The notes under the pieces are model-generated. The model searched no databases. It was not told the DNA's origin and saw only the letters and a program-made list of their open reading frames with translations. A program made the translations under genes and the position numbers. Shown here one piece after another: positions 59,870 to 64,000 of a DNA stretch of 64,000 nt; positions within the stretch are counted from its first letter, which is position 1, and each line of letters begins with the position of its first letter. Source of the DNA: Camelus dromedarius (taxonomy: Eukaryota); the NCBI RefSeq assembly GCF_036321535.1, contig NC_087454.1:19592001-19656000 (forward strand), in the 5' to 3' direction.

Positions 59870-60860
59870 TCACTCTTCGTGCAGCCGGTTGAGCCCCATC
59901 GTCGGTCCCTTTTACGCCAGCGCCACAAGTGAGCCGAGCTCAAGGCCGCTTATTTACTGCGCAAGCGCTCTGAGGCAGCCTCCCGTCCGGCGAGCGCAGG
60001 CGCACTTACTGCAGAACCAGCGCCTCATCGCCTCCCTGGAACCCGCCGCAGTGCGCAAGCGCGCAACATCCCCGTTTCCCTGCCCTCAGTCCCTCACCCC
60101 CCCTCCTTTCCCCTTCAAGAAGCCGGCTCCGGGGCGCGCTCACCCCTGGGAGGCCGGAGGCCGGACACGGGAGGCGCTCTCTCCACTCCCGGAAGATCAT
60201 GTACCAGCCCAGCCGGGGGGCGGCCCGGCGCTTGGGCCCCTGCCTCCGTGCCTACCAGGCTCGTCCCCAGGTGAGAGCAGAGGGGAAGCGGGAGGGGAGG
60301 AGAGGGGGCGGGGAGAGACCCTCCTCAGAGCCGGCGCGTGGGGCGGAGCGCGCGCTCGGCCCGCGCAGGCGCAATGACTCCCACCGCTCCTTCCCACCTG
60401 TGCGGGGCGGCGCGTGGAGGGGCCAGGGGTCTCAGGGATCCGAGGGCGGGGCTGCCAGCCCTGGCGCACACTGGAGGTCGGTTCTCCCGGGTCCCGGGGG
60501 GCAGGCGGGATTGAAGCTGGGGCGGCGAGTCGCGGCCTCATTTCGCCCGCGTCTCCGCGGTTACCTGTGCCTGGAGGTGATTTGAAGGGCAGGGGGCGGA
60601 GTGATTCACGGCGCCGCCCGGGAGCCTACCAGACCGACCTGCAGGCCGCACTCTGCAGCCCGCGCATCTTGCACCCGGATAGCGGTCCCGGCGGGAAGGC
60701 CGGCCCAGGTGGACCCGTTTCGGGCCTCTGCGCCCGGGCGGGCAAGATGGCCACGCCCCCGGCGGAGACGGCGCCTCGGGGACACCGTCGGGGACCGAGG
60801 TACCCGCGCGGCCCGCCCGCCTTCCCGATTATGAAACCCCTCGGGGGGTTCCTTGGGAAC
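59870..60860 (+). promoter_or_regulatory. C6orf136 CpG island/promoter
   Basis: CpG-dense, with repeated NRF1-like TGCGCAAGCGC / GCGCAGGCGCA and an ETS site CCGGAAG just before the ATG. Confidence 0.8.
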
Positions 60861-63591
60861 GCAGGGACTCGGGCCAGGCCTGACTTTGGGTGACCTCCCC
60901 CTCATCGAAGTGTCAGTAAACCAGGGGAATGAGGTCCAGCCTTTAACGGTCTCCTGGGCTTTTACGTGTCATTAGAGGTAGCCCAAGGAATAAGCTTACA
61001 TGTATATACTGCTTTACAGGCCGCAAAGTTTTGTTTACATTTATTATCTCATATAGTCCTCATAATAACTCAGTGTGGCCTCATCGTCCTCGTTTATAGG
61101 GGGACATTTATGGGAAGCTCAGGCTTAGGGAATTAGAGTGCCTAAGGCCACATGATCGAATCGGAACTCAAGTCTCCTAGTTCCTGTTGGATGTTCTTTT
61201 CTCCATACAACAACTGCCTTACACACTTACTCGTGTAATTGTGGTACAGGCCACATCATTTCCTCCACTGTACGATAAAAGCTGTTATTCACTCATTTGT
61301 TCATTCTTCAAATATGTATTATGATTCTTGCTATAAGAGAGGCAGACCTGCCCCTAAACAGTGTTGGAATCTTAAACAAATCTAAAGGTATTTGCTAATG
61401 TTTTGGGGGAGGTACTTGTACTTATGTCGCAGGAGAGTATTTCCTCCTGTTTTAAGTAGGGATGGAGGTGAATTTTTCCTCTAGTAATTCCATCTCTCAA
61501 GAGGAGCAGGAGGGATTGGAAGCAGGTTAATGGGCAGTTTGGATGGAGGGACATGAAGCAGCTGGATTCTTAACTTTTTTGCTTTTGTTCCTTCTTAGGA
61601 CCAGCTTTCTCCACGGCCTCTACCATTCCCACCCCTTTGGCCCCTCTCCACTGCAACCACTTCTCCACCTTTGCCTCTTCTTTGGTCTCCCCCACCCCCA
61701 TGCCTTCCCACACGGCTGCTTCCCAGAGCTCCCCCACTACCTCTCCCTCAGGTCCAAGCCCTCACCTCACCATGGGTGGTTCTCCCCCCAGGAATGGGGG
61801 AGGAGGGACCAGGACCTGAGTTACATAGTGGCTGTCTGGATGGGCTTCGGAGCCTATTTGAGGGACCTCCCTGGCCCTGTCCTGGGGCTTTGATACCTTT
61901 CCAAGCCCCTGGGACTGCCCACCCTTCCCCTGCCACTCCATCAGGAGATCCGAGTATGGAGGAGCACTTAGCTGTCATGTATGAGAGACTGAGACAAGAG
62001 GTAAGGCAGTTCAAAAGTCTCTGCCAAAATGGGAAGAGATGGAGGTGATTCTTAAAAATAGGGAGTTAGTCAACTGGATTCTTTCTTGGAGCCACGATGG
62101 AGTGACATGCATAGAAATATAAACATTTCTCAAGGAAAAGACGCTTCTTAGTTTGGATTAGGGAAGTTAAAAACATGGGAGGAGATAACCTTTCACTCAG
62201 AGAGGAATAAGGAGACACTGAATACAGAAAACTGAGAAATAGGGTCATCTTTTCTTTTCTCCTGTTCTCACGTCTTCTTCTTTCACCTAGCTTCCCAATC
62301 TCTTCCTTCACTCCCACGACTACACTCTCTACTCATCGGATGTGGAATTCATCAATGAGATCCTGAACATACGTACCAAGTGAGAATCCAGGAACGGGTA
62401 GGGCCTTGGGGAGGAAGAGGACCCAATGCTGTTTTCACTTATTAGAGAAGGTTCTAGGCTGCTTCTCATAAGTGTTCCCCATTCTTCCAACTAAGGCCAG
62501 TTTGGTTTTTTGATTCTGCCATCATGAGATTTCTTTCCCATCCCTTCTTCCTAGGGGCCGGACATGGTATATTCTGTCACTGACCCTCTGCCGCTTCCTG
62601 GCCTGGAACTATTTTGCACAACTTCGGCTGGAGGTTCTACAGCTGACCCGCCACCCTGAGAACTGGACCCTGCAAGCCCGCTGGCGGCTTGTGGGGCTGC
62701 CCATCCATCTGCTCTTTCTGCGTTTCTATAAGCGTGATAAGGAAGAACTTTACCGGTAAGAAAAGTGAGAAAGGAAACACACTAAAATCAATTTCCTAAT
62801 CTGACCCTTTTAGGAATCTATGGTCTGGTCCCCTAAACAATCCTCCATCTCCCCTGACTTGACTGCAGGCTCCTTGAGGGCAGGATCTTGTTTTAAGTCT
62901 ACTTAAATATAACAAAAATAGGGACTCTGAGTATATTAGGAGGCTTCTGAACTCAGTTTTTTCAAGTACATTACTTGGCACATAAATACTAAAATACTTA
63001 CTGAGCAGATGAAAATTCCTGTCTCATAAGTTGTGCCTCACACCTTAGATAAAGTGCTTAGTAAATTTCTGGCACAGAGTCGAATCCCAAGAAATTCTTA
63101 GGCTCAGCCCAAACCAGTGGTTCCCAAACTTTGTTGCACAGTGGAATCATCTGAGGATCTTTAAAGAAAATTTGGTGCCAGACATTGTGATTTAATTGGG
63201 CCAGGGTGTAACCTGGCTTCAGAAATTTTAAAGGACCCCCAGGTGGTCTAATATGTAGCAAAGTTTAGGACCTACTAAACAGATGCTTGAATTAAACCTT
63301 GTCCGGTAAGCCTCTCTTCTCTTCACCAGGACCTATGATGCCTATTCCACCTTCTACCTGAATTCCAATGGCCTCATTTGTCGCCATCGCCTAGACAAAG
63401 TGAGTCCCAGGGCTGGAGAGGGGTGGGGTGACAGGGTAGAACATCCTACCAACCGGCATTAAGCTTTCTCCCTGCAGCTGATGCCTTCACATTCACCCCC
63501 AACGCCTGTGAAGAAGCTGCTAGTGGGAGCCCTGGTGGCTCTGGGGCTGTCGGAGCCAGAACCCAACTTACAACTGTGTTCCAAGGACTGA
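60199..63591 (+). CDS. C6orf136: C6orf136 orthologue (uncharacterised), 6 exons, 315 aa
   Basis: Exons 60199-60270, 61599-62000, 62291-62379, 62555-62755, 63330-63399, 63478-63591 (948 nt). Reads MYQPSRGAARRLGPCLRAYQARPQ|DQL...MEEHLAVMYERLRQE|...LCSKD*. Confidence 0.95.
63115..63277. mobile_element. MER5-like MITE with terminal inverted repeats
   Basis: CAGTGGTTCCCAAACTTT ... AAAGTTTAGGACCTACTA. Confidence 0.7.
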
Positions 63592-63756
63592 CCCAGGAAC
63601 TGGGGTGGAGGCAGCACTTAAAGAGTTCGTTACGCACAAGAGGAGGAGGTGGAGGCGGCCAAGAACCTCAGGAGCCAGCTTCCCCCACTCTTCTCGCTCC
63701 TCCTTTCCTGTCCATCTCATGCTGTGTAAAGCTGCTGTGTAATTTAATTTGTAAAT

Positions 63757-63762
63757 AATAAA
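63757..63762 (+). terminator. C6orf136 poly(A) signal AATAAA
   Basis: 166 nt after the stop. Confidence 0.7.
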
Positions 63763-63829
63763 ATCTAAGTGAATATGTGAGATCGAATTTCCATGTCACT
63801 TTCTCTGAATCTCAAAAGTTCCCTGTAGC

Positions 63830-63835
63830 TTTATT
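63830..63835 (-). terminator. DHX16 poly(A) signal (TTTATT on +)
   Basis: AATAAA on the minus strand, 84 nt after the DHX16 stop. Confidence 0.65.
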
Positions 63836-63918
63836 CCAAAAATATTTTTATTAATAGATATTAAATAATGTACAGAAAGGAAAGGAGCTGGTGTTAGGTT
63901 GTTTATGTCCCTTCCCCT

Positions 63919-64000
63919 CTACCTTAGCTCTTCTCGTGTCTTGCCTATTTTTTTGGGCATTTTCTTGGCATGGGGATCTTCTAGCTCCTTGGCCTTGTAA
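63919..64000 (-). CDS. DHX16: DEAH-box helicase 16 (PRP2 homologue), C-terminal end only
   Basis: The minus strand reads YKAKELEDPHAKKMPKKIGKTREELR* (TAG at 63919-63921), matching the DHX16 C-terminus and the expected synteny. Confidence 0.9.
   Translation of the reverse strand, partial: YKAKELEDPHAKKMPKKIGKTREELR

Overview
This is mammalian genomic DNA from the gene-dense framework block of the MHC class I region. The gene order is PRR3(+, exon 1 lies upstream of the window), ABCF1(+), PPP1R10/PNUTS(-), MRPS18B(+), ATAT1(+), C6orf136(+), and the last codons of DHX16(-). tRNA-Ala-derived SINEs and a young L1 3' end suggest a camelid (Camelus/Vicugna), but that comes from repeat recognition only. 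I built the exon structures by hand from GT-AG junctions and phase arithmetic: ABCF1 ~841 aa, PPP1R10 911 aa, MRPS18B 258 aa, C6orf136 315 aa. Eight N-gaps hide part of ABCF1 exon 22 and probably ATAT1 exon 1. ABCF1 intron 13 is the MIR877 mirtron. I found no prokaryote-type system (CRISPR, operon, phage) and no convincing new gene; most long ORFs in the track are GC-rich antisense shadows. The most interesting signals are RNA-level and evolutionary: PRR3 looks like an inverted partial paralogue of the PPP1R10 3' half; the 61-nt internal acceptor that makes lncRNA-PNUTS is present; a spliced uORF stops 2 nt before the PPP1R10 ATG; two human-annotated isoforms (ATAT1 alternative first exon, C6orf136 long exon 1) are broken here; ABCF1 has an intragenic CpG island; and a CTCF-like motif lies between convergent genes. 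All comparisons with human sequences are from memory and need alignment.
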